A DNA stretch of 39,094 nucleotides, taken from positions 496,001 through 535,094 of the forward strand of contig NW_026250429.1 of the NCBI RefSeq assembly GCF_024521635.1, read 5' to 3'. This stretch comes from Tricharina praecox (Eukaryota). Made by a program: the position numbers and the translations under genes. Positions 11,373 to 21,975 of this stretch are shown here, in pieces; the first letter of the stretch is position 1; each line of letters begins with the position of its first letter. The notes under the pieces were generated by a model. The model was not told the origin of the DNA, ran no database searches, and saw nothing but the letters and a program-made list of their open reading frames with translations.

Positions 11373-12392
11373 AGTCACTCATGCTCACTCATGGCAAAGG
11401 GCAAAAACACATGCTTACCCCTCCTGAGTCACTCATGCAAAGGCAAAGGAAAAAAGAGAGATAATGATATCGAAATAATAAAAAAAAAATGCAACAGGAA
11501 AAAATAACAATATCAAGCGTAACAAAAAAAAACGAGTAAAAAAGTTTCGTATAAACACTCGGCACGCAACCACTGAAGAGAAGAGTAGCGAGTGTGAAAA
11601 CAATTGAAGCCCCCACCCCCCCAACCCCATCCCCCCCCCCCCCAATCCCCCCCAATCCATCCATCCATCCATCCATCGCGGCCCAATCCTTTCCAGTCCA
11701 TCCATACATCCGAGATTCATCCATCCATTTTCCCTCGGGGTACTATAGGCCACAACAGCAGGAAGAAAGTAATAAAAAAACAGCAAGAAAGAGAAAACAC
11801 CAAGCGCAGACCAGTAGAGAGAGCCCCGTTGATTCCATCGCAGCAGCCTCGGCAAAGAACAAACAAAAGCAGCAGCACACGCAACAACACAAAAGCGCGT
11901 CTTTCCGGATATAAATTCACGCTATGCCAAACACAATAAAAAAAGGCGATTTAGCAACAACCAACCCCGTCAATTGATGTTAATCCATTCCCGTTGCAGA
12001 TCATCGTCCTCTAATTGGTAGAATCAAGGAAAGTAAAGGAAAAGGAAAAAAAAAGTATGGAAAAAAGGTAGGGGAAAAACAAAGAAAAAAGAAAACAACC
12101 AAAACGGTTCAAAAGGTTGCTAGCCCCTTTCTTCCGCCTGTCCACGCGCGCCAAATGTGGTTTTCGGATTCGTGTCGTCGTCAACGTTGTGTAAGGATAG
12201 TCGAGAAGGAATCGCAAAAGAAAAAAAAGGGAAACGCAGCTGAAGACAGAGGGTAATATTAAACAGGTGACAAAGAGAAATGTAACGTGGGAATTGGGTT
12301 TGTAATTAGCAGGCCAACTCTCATTATTAGATCCATTGGGACAAGTTGTTGCGGACCGCCCCGTACACGAGCGAGCGGGAGCCACATGCCAA

Positions 12393-14066
12393 TCACATTC
12401 CGCAGCAGAACACACCCTGTATCTTCTGCCAAGTTGTCTTCTTGGTCGAGCCATCTTCCGCGTTGCCTCGGCTCTGGTGACTTTGCTGATTCAACGCTTG
12501 AGGTGACTGTCCCCTAGCGGCTTGAGGCAGGTTGGTCGTTGACGGTTGGAACTGAGCCTGAGTGCTCGGGTTCGGCGTTCCCATCACCGGCTGTTGTAGG
12601 CCCCCCGCCGCGACGTTCGGTCGTTTGGTTTGGGGAGCGTTTTGAACGCTTCGCCCTTCGCCTCGCTTCATACCCATCTGTTTGCCTGGCGATGGGGGCG
12701 GGGGTTGCGGGGCGTTTAAACGGCCGGACGGGATGGCTGAGTTAGGTTGGCGGACCTGTGCGGGAGGAACGTGTCGAAGCTCCCCTGCCGTCGTGGCGTG
12801 GTTCGGGCTCTGGCCATGATGGTAGTGTGCGGAATGCTTCGAGATGGCTTCCCAACCCTTACCGTTGTTCAGCTTCATCCAATCGTACTCGCCATCCTCC
12901 ACCTCCCCACTGTTCTTCAACGCCTGTGTGAAAAGATCACGCAAGAAGTCGTAGTCGGGCGTGTCCTCGAAACCGAGGTTGCGAACGTAGCTCAAGTACT
13001 GGTTGAACTCGTCTACGCCATGACATCAGCAACGGGATCGACACGATAGGTGGGAGGGGGATGGGATCGACCGAAACGTACCAGGGAACGACTCGCAAAG
13101 CTCCTTGATGGGAGTGGTCTGCTTCTTCTCTCCGATCTTCTCGTACTTCTGCTTGTTGGTAGCAGCCTTCAACCCCTGCCAAGGGAGTCCACCTCGCAGA
13201 AAGTACATGAAAACATGGCCCAACGCCTCCAAATCGTCTCGTCGCGACTGTTCGCGTCCCAGATGGGTGTTTATGCTCATGTAACGCGCGGTTCCGGACA
13301 AGCTCTTGCGTTCCCGATAAGGAATGTGCTGCTTCGTCTTGGGGTCTCGGTACTGCTTGGCCATACCAAAGTCGACGACGTGGATCACATTGGCAGCCTT
13401 CGAGCCTGGCCGTCCGATCAAGAAGTTGTCGGGCTTAATATCGCGGTAGATCAGGTTCTTCTCGTGTATGGTTTGTACTCGTGACAACTAGTGCGACGTC
13501 AATAATCACTCAATCATGCAGGTTGCCGGCGCGTCGGCTGGACGTACCATCTGTTTTGCCACCATCACGACGGTCTTGATCGAGAATCGCCTGTTGCAGT
13601 GGTCGAACAGGTCCTCCAAACTCGGTCCCAGCAGGTCAATAACCAATATGTTGTGTAGTCCCTCCTGGCCAAAGTAGTAGACATTTGGAATTCCCGCTGA
13701 AACAAGACGTGTAAGTAATCGAGCAACGGTGCACGAGCCAGGCAATCCAGCGAAAAGGTGGAGAGGGAGTTGGGGTTAACTAACGGCATCCCACGAGGAT
13801 CTTGTATGTTCGGTACTCGTCTCTTAGTTGAGGCGCATCGCTCTTCCTCGGTTCCTGATCGAAAGAAAAAAAAGGGGGTGAATGTCAGCCAACCACCACG
13901 AGGAAGCAACGCCGGATCCGTAGAGAGGCAAACTTACAAACTTGATGGCCACCTGCTGGTTGTTCAAAAGGTTCGTGCCCTCGAAGATGACACCGAACGA
14001 TCCCTCACCGATCTTCTTCCCTACGCGGTAGTGGACGCCCACAACATTCGATGATGAGGACGCCAT
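12393..14066 (-). CDS. YCK2: Casein kinase I, YCK1/YCK2 / Cki1 / CK1-gamma type with C-terminal CC palmitoylation motif, 457 aa
   Basis: Exons 14066-13938, 13854-13785, 13696-13548, 13487-13082, 13012-12393 (1374 nt). Motifs: [82 protein letters not shown]. Ends ...GVFCCGM*. Confidence 0.96.
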
Positions 14067-14266
14067 CGTATGGTACTTGCTGCAGACAACCAGGCGATCG
14101 GATTACACTTCGACGATTTGTTTTTTTCGCTGGACTTTGGTCGCGGTGGATATCGAGGAAGTTGGCGACGTGTTGGGGAGGGGGGAGGGGTGGCGATGTT
14201 TGGTGAGAGGTGGTGTGAAGGGTAGGTAAAGACGGATGCCGAGAATTGGGGTTCTACCGACGGAGA

Positions 14267-14512
14267 CTGTTGAAACGAAGGGGGGGTGAACGTCAGCAAG
14301 GGTAAGAGACGGAGAATGTCACGCGTAATATTGCGAGTTGAAAGAAAGAAAGGGAGAAGGGAGGGAGAGAGTGATCGAGGATCGAGTGGTATGTAGCTCT
14401 TGTGATTTTTTTCTCGCTCTCTCGCCCTCGTTACGAAAAAGCAACCTCACGGCTATCCCTTTCAGAGACGAGAGATGGCAACGCGAACCATGACAGGACC
14501 GGAACGACATAC
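14267..14512 (-). other. Probable 5'-UTR intron of the CK1 gene (246 nt)
   Basis: Minus-strand donor CTG|GTATGT at 14512, branch GCTGAC at 14297-14292, pyrimidine tract and AACAG acceptor ending at 14267, 200 nt upstream of the ATG. Confidence 0.6.
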
Positions 14513-14639
14513 CAGGAGCTACTAGGGGCCAAGCCCAATGCTATGAACAGGAGTAGAAGAGGAAGCTAGGAGCAGCTAAGACGAAGCAGTATGTCTAGTA
14601 CCTGTTGTGAATGACGGGGTTGGCGAGGCTGTAGGAGCA

Positions 14640-15330
14640 GACGGGGGGAGGAGAGGTGGATGGGGGCTGGGGAGAGTGGTGGTATTAGGTGGTGGTTGTG
14701 ATGGTAGTTTGTAGTTTGTAGTTTGAAGTGGCCGTGGTATTGAAGGTGATGGGGGAGGGGGGTGTGTGCGGCAAGGGAAGCGAGAGACGAGAACGGCGGA
14801 AGGGATAAGTTTTTTGTTTTGGGGTGTGGGTGAGGTGAGGTGTGCGGGTGTGTGTGGCGGGAGAGAGCGGAAGGGGGAGGGAGGTGGACGTGGAGGTGGA
14901 GGGAGGAGGAAGAAGGAAGGAACGAAGGAACGAAGGGAAGGGGTGGAACTGTGGGAGCACAAGAGAGTCAGCAGCGCCAGCAAGCCGGCAAGCAGCGAGG
15001 ACGGGATTAGAGAGTGAGAGTGAGAGGAAGGAGATGAGATTTCGGTAGTATGTAGAGTACTTGGGGGGGTTGTATGTGCTCGGAGGCGAGGTAGGGGGAA
15101 GAGACGCAGAGAAGACGGGAAGGGACGGGGTGGAAGGGGGAGTGAGGACGGGGGTGGGTTGGACGCTAGTCTGCAGAGGAAGTGGACGGCGGGAAAATCG
15201 GAAAATGGTCTTCTTGGGGGATGGGATGGCGGTGGGAGTCGTTTGCGGTAGACCTGGGGTGGAGGTGAAGGTGGTGGTGGAAGCGGTGGAGGTGGTGGTT
15301 GGTGGTGCTGTTGCTGGTGGTGGGCAGCGG
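14640..15330. repeat. G-rich (plus) / C-rich (minus) low-complexity region: CK1 leader/promoter
   Basis: Dense GGT/GGA/GGGG runs on the plus strand, including a (GGT)n-like stretch at about 15256-15322. Confidence 0.7.
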
Positions 15331-18300
15331 TCAGCGGAGAAGCAGGGGGAAGAAGGCCATCCTCGCGGCGTGAACCACTTGCCATCCCGACCTAGACAGA
15401 CATCTGGACGGTTTAGTTACTCTAGGAGTTAGCGCCGCCACCTCGCCGCGTTGCATCCACAAGAGCGTCCACAAGAGCATCGATCCATCCATCCACATCG
15501 TCCTCCTCCTCCTCTCCGCCATGCACGTTGCCGTCGCTGTCGCTGTCGCTGTCGCTGCTGCGTGTCCGTCTCCCTCCAGTCGCCACCCCGCCCGTCTCCG
15601 TCGCCACCCTCTCCGCCCTCCGCTCTTGTGGTTGTTCGCTCCGCAAACGCAAACCCAGCACCTTCAAAAAAACTAACTCTGGAGCCTGTCGCCTTTCTCC
15701 GTGCAGTCGCCGCCGACCGGTGGTGGCCCTTGCTCCCCTTATTTCACGGCTAACGTGGCACCCAGCACCCCAGCCAACTCTGATTAGATGGAATTGGGCC
15801 AATAATACCACGACTTTCCGCTTTCTGTCGACCTGGTGTCCCTGCTCTTCCTTCTCCGGCAGATGGACTAACATGAGTGCGGTATCTTGCAGAAGAAGAT
15901 GAAGATGAACGAGAAGAAAAAGAGAAACTTAGAAATTAAAGAAGCAGAAAAAGATAGGACGAAGAAGCAGAAGGAGCAGAAGAAGTCACTATATGCACGC
16001 CGCAGTCCATCGCCATCGCTGCTGTTAAGCTGGCATGCCGGCTGTCTACATGTAGCTACAATAATTTCAATGTCGGAAGGAACATAACATGCACCCCCCT
16101 CCCCCCACATCTTCATCTTGACGGATGGATGCGCCTAGCATAAGCATCGAAGGAAAAACACCCTCCGCGCGGGCAATATCTCGATGTACTGATGCGAGCG
16201 AGCATCATCTTGCTATGTACATGTGATTTTCCGCGGCGGCATGACGTCTCGCATACACACACTCTCTTTCTTTCTTTCTTTCTCTCACTCTCTCACGCAC
16301 CCACGCGTGCGCGTTCACTCGAGCGGCGAGCGGCGAAGATAAGCCCAACGACCCATCACTACCCACGGAGCGCTCCCCGGACAGATAGAATCCGGAAATA
16401 GGATGCGAACCCACAACATGTCGAGCTCGGGCTGCAGTTCAGTTCTGCTCGAGTCCCAGGGGAAGAAGAAACGTTTGGATTGCCAGCCGTGGAGGGAGGA
16501 GCAGCTCATTGGGGCGACGGGCGACCAACCAACAGCTGTGTGTTTCCCGGTGTTGTTTCCCGGTGTTGTTCCCTGGTACTCTACATATGGTAGTGCTAAA
16601 GATATGCATCGCCCCGAGTCCGAGCTCGAGCTCCTGTCCTGTCCTGTCTACCCACTTGGCACTAGGTATTCGGTGCTAGTACCTAGGGCCACCACCACCG
16701 CCACAATCCGCACGCCCCAAATCCTATCGCGCATCCGACCCGGCGCACCCAAACAACGCGAACATCCCCGACTCGACACGACTCGGCTCGAAATCTGCGA
16801 GTATGTGAAAACGATCTCACCTGTGCCCACTGCCGAGCCGAAATCGCACATTCCCTGAGGGGGAAATGGTAACATGGACATCGCAGCCGACAGCGACAGT
16901 ACTAGATGGTTATACTATCCGCTACGGCGCGTGCGCGTATGTATGTAGAGTAGATACACATCCACCCACCTATCGTACTGCCGTTCACGGGTTAGTCAGA
17001 GTACCTAGCCCGCCGCTACATTAGACTCCTTCGACTCCCTCCCTCCCATGCATGAGCCTGAGGGACAACCGCGTCCGCAACTGGCCTTGCTATTTTCGGC
17101 CTGGTGCGGTGCGGTGCGGTGGTATCGATGGATGGATTCGATGCGATGGGATGTGTGGGATGTGTGGACTGCGGACACTGGATGAACCGAAACCACAACT
17201 TCAGCCCGGCCCGTGAACGCGAACCTGAGGTCGTGAACACGAATGACGGGCTCCGTGTCGTGATTGGTGATTGGTTTTGTTGCTCCGACCGAACGAAACG
17301 AAACGACACCGCCGCGCATGCAATGCAGCAAGGCGCAGTGAGCGCAGTGGAAGAGTGGAAGGAGTGCGGACTCTTCCCCGCTGTCGAGTCTCGACACCAC
17401 CACCACCACCAGTGATAGGTTGAGTAGACTCTAAAGTACCTAGAGTAGTAGTACGACAGGTGCAGACGTAGAGTAACGGACGGCGATCGGCGCAAGCCCA
17501 CATGATACATATCGATACGATACGATACATACCCGTGGGTAGTTTCGATACGGTAGGTAGGGTGCCCTACCTACACGCCTATCTACCTATTCTCCCGCTC
17601 GATGTCACTTTGAAGTGCAAACCCACAGCCGCCTGTGGGCTTCGAAGCCGTAACGGCCGCTGTATCGGGCATGGTTGGGATCACTTTGATGATTCCGATT
17701 CCGCGCGGTTGTGGCGTTGTTATGTACCGCTCACACTGCCTTACATACCGCCTCACATACCGGTACACCACCAAGGCCGCAGTTTGATATGCTTTCTCCT
17801 TTCTCAGCTGGCCTCGATGTAGAGTAAGAGTACTCGCATGCCCTGGCGCTTCCGTCGTGCTCATGCTCGTGCTGTGCGGGAAGGTAGAGAGGTATGAAGT
17901 GGGTGTGTAGACGCGTTCAGGCTTCGGCTGCCGGCACTGCAGCGCTTATGGGGGGTGGTTGTCCCCTCCTCCCACTGTACTGCCATAGATATCCAAAATT
18001 CTTGAAAGTTCAGGTTGAGCGTCCACTCACTCACTCACACATTCCTTCACCTCTGTACCTCAGAAAGTTCATTTTTAGTTCTCTTCCACCTGTTTGCACC
18101 ACATCTTCCTCCTGTTGTCTGTTGTGACTTGTCCAACACGTCGAACATCGATGAAACCTCTCCAACTCTCTAACCGCCCACTGCTCACCGCCTATGTACC
18201 GCTCACCACCTACCACCTACCATCCACCGCTCACCGCCCATATGTAGAGTAGAGAATCTGGAGGTCTTAGCGACGACCCCAACCCCGCCCCCACGCCCGC

Positions 18301-19855
18301 CGCATGCAAGACCAAGATCCAGGTCGGAGCACGGCCTCCGAAACTCGAACTCGAACTCGAACCTGTTGAGCCCAGATTGGGTCGGGTAGGAAGATCCCGA
18401 GCGAGAGCCGGTGCCGGTGCCGGGATATATATATTTCTAGGAGAATGGGGGGATAAGCATGAAAGGGGGGGGGGAGTCAACAGTTTCTATGATAGGTAAA
18501 GTAGGTACATAGGAGGTATAAGATGCGAGCGTGAAGAAAAGAAGATTCGAACTCATCTCGTTGATGATGGGCCTGTCCTTGTACAGCTGTGTACATACGC
18601 GGATGGATTAAATCTTCTCGCAAAGCTCCCCTGCGACGATCATTACCGTGGTCCTGTGGTCCCCGCCGTGAAGTCGACGACGGAAAGGAAGAGGGATCCC
18701 TCGGGTTATGTTATCTTTCGGCATCCCATGGGCTTAGACACGAATGTAGGTAAGGCATGAGTGAGCATTCGTGCTGCAGTGCTGGACTCCGGAAGCGAAA
18801 ATGAATGAATCGTTGCGAAGATGCATCGATAACTGCGAGATGAATGAACATATGCAATGTACGATACTACGATGTGCCGAGCCGAGCCGAGTAACTATCA
18901 CGGGAAGCCCAGCCTCCAGGAAGGGAAGGCAGTGCCATAAGTACTGCCGCACCGTGTGGCCCTCAGAAAGGATCGGAGAGGAGATTGCGGCCGGCGATCG
19001 GGGCTGAGACGGGTGGGCTGGAAATGATCTGACTGGGGTCGGGGTGGAGGGTTTGATGCCCACATACACAGACACACAGACACACGAAACGTCGACACCG
19101 CCGAGAGGCCGAGTGCTCGAGTATGCGTTTGGATCGGCCGGCAGGAGACTGGAGACAATGCCGAGTGAGTTGCGAACTGAGATGAGAGATCGAACGGCGA
19201 GTCAAGACGTGGATACCTGGCTTATATAGTAGTAGGGGGTGAGGCACCGACCCTTCATGGACTATCACTGTGCAGACTTCTGTCGAGCGGACTGCTCCGT
19301 AACTACATCGGAGAATATGCGTTCACTAGACGTGCATAGTACGCTGGTAAATCACGAAGCGAAACAAAAAGACGTCGGCAAAGTACGAACGAACGTCCGT
19401 GGGTTTTTTCATTCATCATTCGATTTGGGGACTTAGGATGCGTGGGTATGGGACTGCTGGTGATGGCTCTTCAACAGCGCTCCAGCCCCCAGCTTCCGGC
19501 CTCCAGCGGCTGGTAACTGATACCTACTATACTATACTGCCGTCAGACTTGCCGTGTTTTCACCATCACACAACGACGTCGTTCTGAGTGTATATACTCA
19601 TTAGGTCCAAGGCTGCGTGGCTTCCTCCAGAACCTACCAGTTCGTCGTGACCAGCCGTCGAGGCAGTTGTGAAGAAGTGGCTAAGCTATCTACTATAGAA
19701 GGCGGTCAGTGCCTACCTATCTCACAAAGGAAAATCAATCGGGCATCCGTGTAGGATTTTGTGTTCGAACTTGGATATCATATGTACGGATCGTTACGGC
19801 TATAAGAACATTCTCGTCACCACCTCCCCCCCCATTGATCTCCACTGACCTGCAT

Positions 19856-20741
19856 CTAATGATTGAACTGCCCACCATCTGGTACGCACCAACCATCAGC
19901 TCTCGTCCTCGCCTCGCCCATTCATCACGGGAAGGCACTCACCTATCCTGACCGCCGCGCCAGTGACCGTATCCGCCTTCGCCAGGAACACAAACGCCTC
20001 AGCGCAATCCTCGACGGTGGCCAACTTCTTCAACCCGGCGTTCTCGGTGGCCATCTTAATCTTCTCCTCGCCGAACCCCATGCCCCACTCGGTGAGCAGG
20101 AGCCCTGGCTGAATGGCATTAACGCGGACCTTCGGGCCCTGGGTGGCAGCGAGACACTTCATGAGATGCAGTCCCGCGGCCTTCGAGACGGCGTAAGCCA
20201 TACTACTTCCGGTAGTATTAGTCGCCGCGGCGGACGAGGTGACCAGCAGTGCGCCGCCCTCGGGGTTGGCATTGAACGTGGGCAGCGCCGCCTGCAGCAG
20301 GAACAGGTTCGCTTTCACGTTGATGGCGTAGCAGCGGTCCCAGTCCTCGCTCGAAACCCCGGAGACGTCAGAGAATACGCACTTCCTCGTCCACCCCGCG
20401 TTGGAGATTATCACGTCGAGCCCGCCGAGCGCAGCGAGGGTCGCTACAACAAGTCCATGACACTCCTTTTCAATCGCCATATCCCTACCCTCCGAGTCGC
20501 ATCAGCCCACGCCCACACCCACCTATACACTCCCTTGAAGGTAGACGTACGCTTGAATCGCCACCGCCTTGACACCGTACTTCGCGGCCAGCTCGGCGGC
20601 TAGCGCCTCGGCCGCGGCAGAGGAGGAGACATAGTTTATCACGACGTTTGCGCCCTCGCGGGCGAAGCGCTCGGCCGTCACTGCGCCGAGCCCGCGCGAG
20701 CCGCCCGTGATCAGGATGTTGCGGGATTTGAGGTCGTACAT
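19856..20741 (-). CDS. Classical short-chain dehydrogenase/reductase (FabG/3-oxoacyl-ACP-reductase-like), 251 aa
   Basis: Exons 20741-20551, 20484-19943, 19878-19856 (756 nt). Rossmann motif ITGGSRGLG, LDVIISNAG, catalytic S...YAVSK, VRVNAIQPG, and C-terminal TGAAVRIDGG after splicing. Substrate unknown. Confidence 0.92.
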
Positions 20742-21975
20742 GTTGCTGCTGCGGTGGAATTGAGGGGGATGTAGGATGTGGGGGTGTGGGGGATGGTGGA
20801 GTGTGGAGGGGAGTGTGGGGGATGGAGGCGGGAAGGCGGGAGGGCTGGATATAAGTATAGCCGGCGGGGGACAGTGGTGGTGGAGGTTGTGGAGGTGCTG
20901 GTGGGGGATATAACCAAGGTGACACCGATCTCGGATCGAGAGCTGTGCCTGCCTGCCGCCGCCCCGCATTTGTTTGCCAGGGTATGACGACTTCTATATC
21001 CGTTTCAACTCCGGAGTCTGCATATGCGATACCCAGGTACATATTGCCCGCCGGAGAGAAACGTTTAGCCAAAGGCAATGCATGCTGATAAGAAACGTGG
21101 AAGACAGATATCAACATCACAGATGCCCCCATACCCCATACCTGGTTTACAGCTTTCACATGAGAGATGTGAATGATGATATTAACCCGAGATCAGTACG
21201 TACTTCTTGCTCGACCTCGGCCAAGAATTTCAGCCTGAAGACCCCGGAGCGAGTGATATCGCGGGTAACTACTTAGGTAACCTCTCCAGAATTCATGGGC
21301 ACATCGTCCTCTTGCTGGTACTATCAGTGCTCCACATATGTCACCCTTATCGAATCCCGGACTTGAGCCCCGAGGGTATACGGTATCACATAATTGCCAT
21401 GCAACACCCGAGTTCCATGGGACGGGTTATCGTTCGGACGAGATTATCACCGCCGATTATTGTTGTTGTTGGAACACCTCAACCATGCCATTGACCATTC
21501 ACCATTCACCATGCCTCATGCCCAAACACCCCACGCCCCACGCTCCCCTCTATCAAAGTACCAACACGAGAACATAGTAAAACCAGAGGAAGTCGCCATT
21601 ATGCCCCAGCCCCAGCCCAAGCCCAATCCCAAGCCCTCCCTCCTAAAGCGCTCCCTCCTAAAGCGCCCCCAAGCGCCCCACTCCTACCACGAAATAGCAA
21701 CAGTGCATTGTATCGTATCTTCGGCATATCCCAAAACCACATCGCATCCCATCCCATCCTATCCTCACGCACGCTCCCTTCCCCCACCCGCCCCCCAAAA
21801 CAAGACAGCAAGCAAGCAAAACACCTATACGCCCGCCTCCGGAAAAAAAAAGAAAAAAAAACGTAAACTACAGCAGAGACAGAGTATGTGGAGTAAAGTA
21901 GAGTAAAACCAGCAAGAGAAGAGAAAACAGCAAAGAAAACCCCGCAAGAAGACCATCTACCCCACAATTAGCCAG

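Noticed and set aside
11024..12454. Several 60-150 aa ORFs (G/W-rich or F/L-rich)
   Set aside because: Low-complexity 3'-UTR/terminator sequence of the CK1 gene; compositionally biased, with no motifs.
14576..15385. 269-aa Pro-rich ORF as an independent protein or CK1 N-terminal extension
   Set aside because: C-rich sequence lacks stops by composition, and splicing into the CK1 frame hits a TAA before the ATG.
18540..18560. GTTCGAATC T-loop-like motif (minus strand) suggesting a tRNA
   Set aside because: T-stem is incomplete, and there is no A-box/D-arm or acceptor stem upstream.
19896..19942. SDR C-terminus GECLPVMNGRGEDES from the ORF track
   Set aside because: It is intron read-through (GTGAGT...GCTGAT...CAG). 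Splicing restores the canonical SDR ending IDGG.
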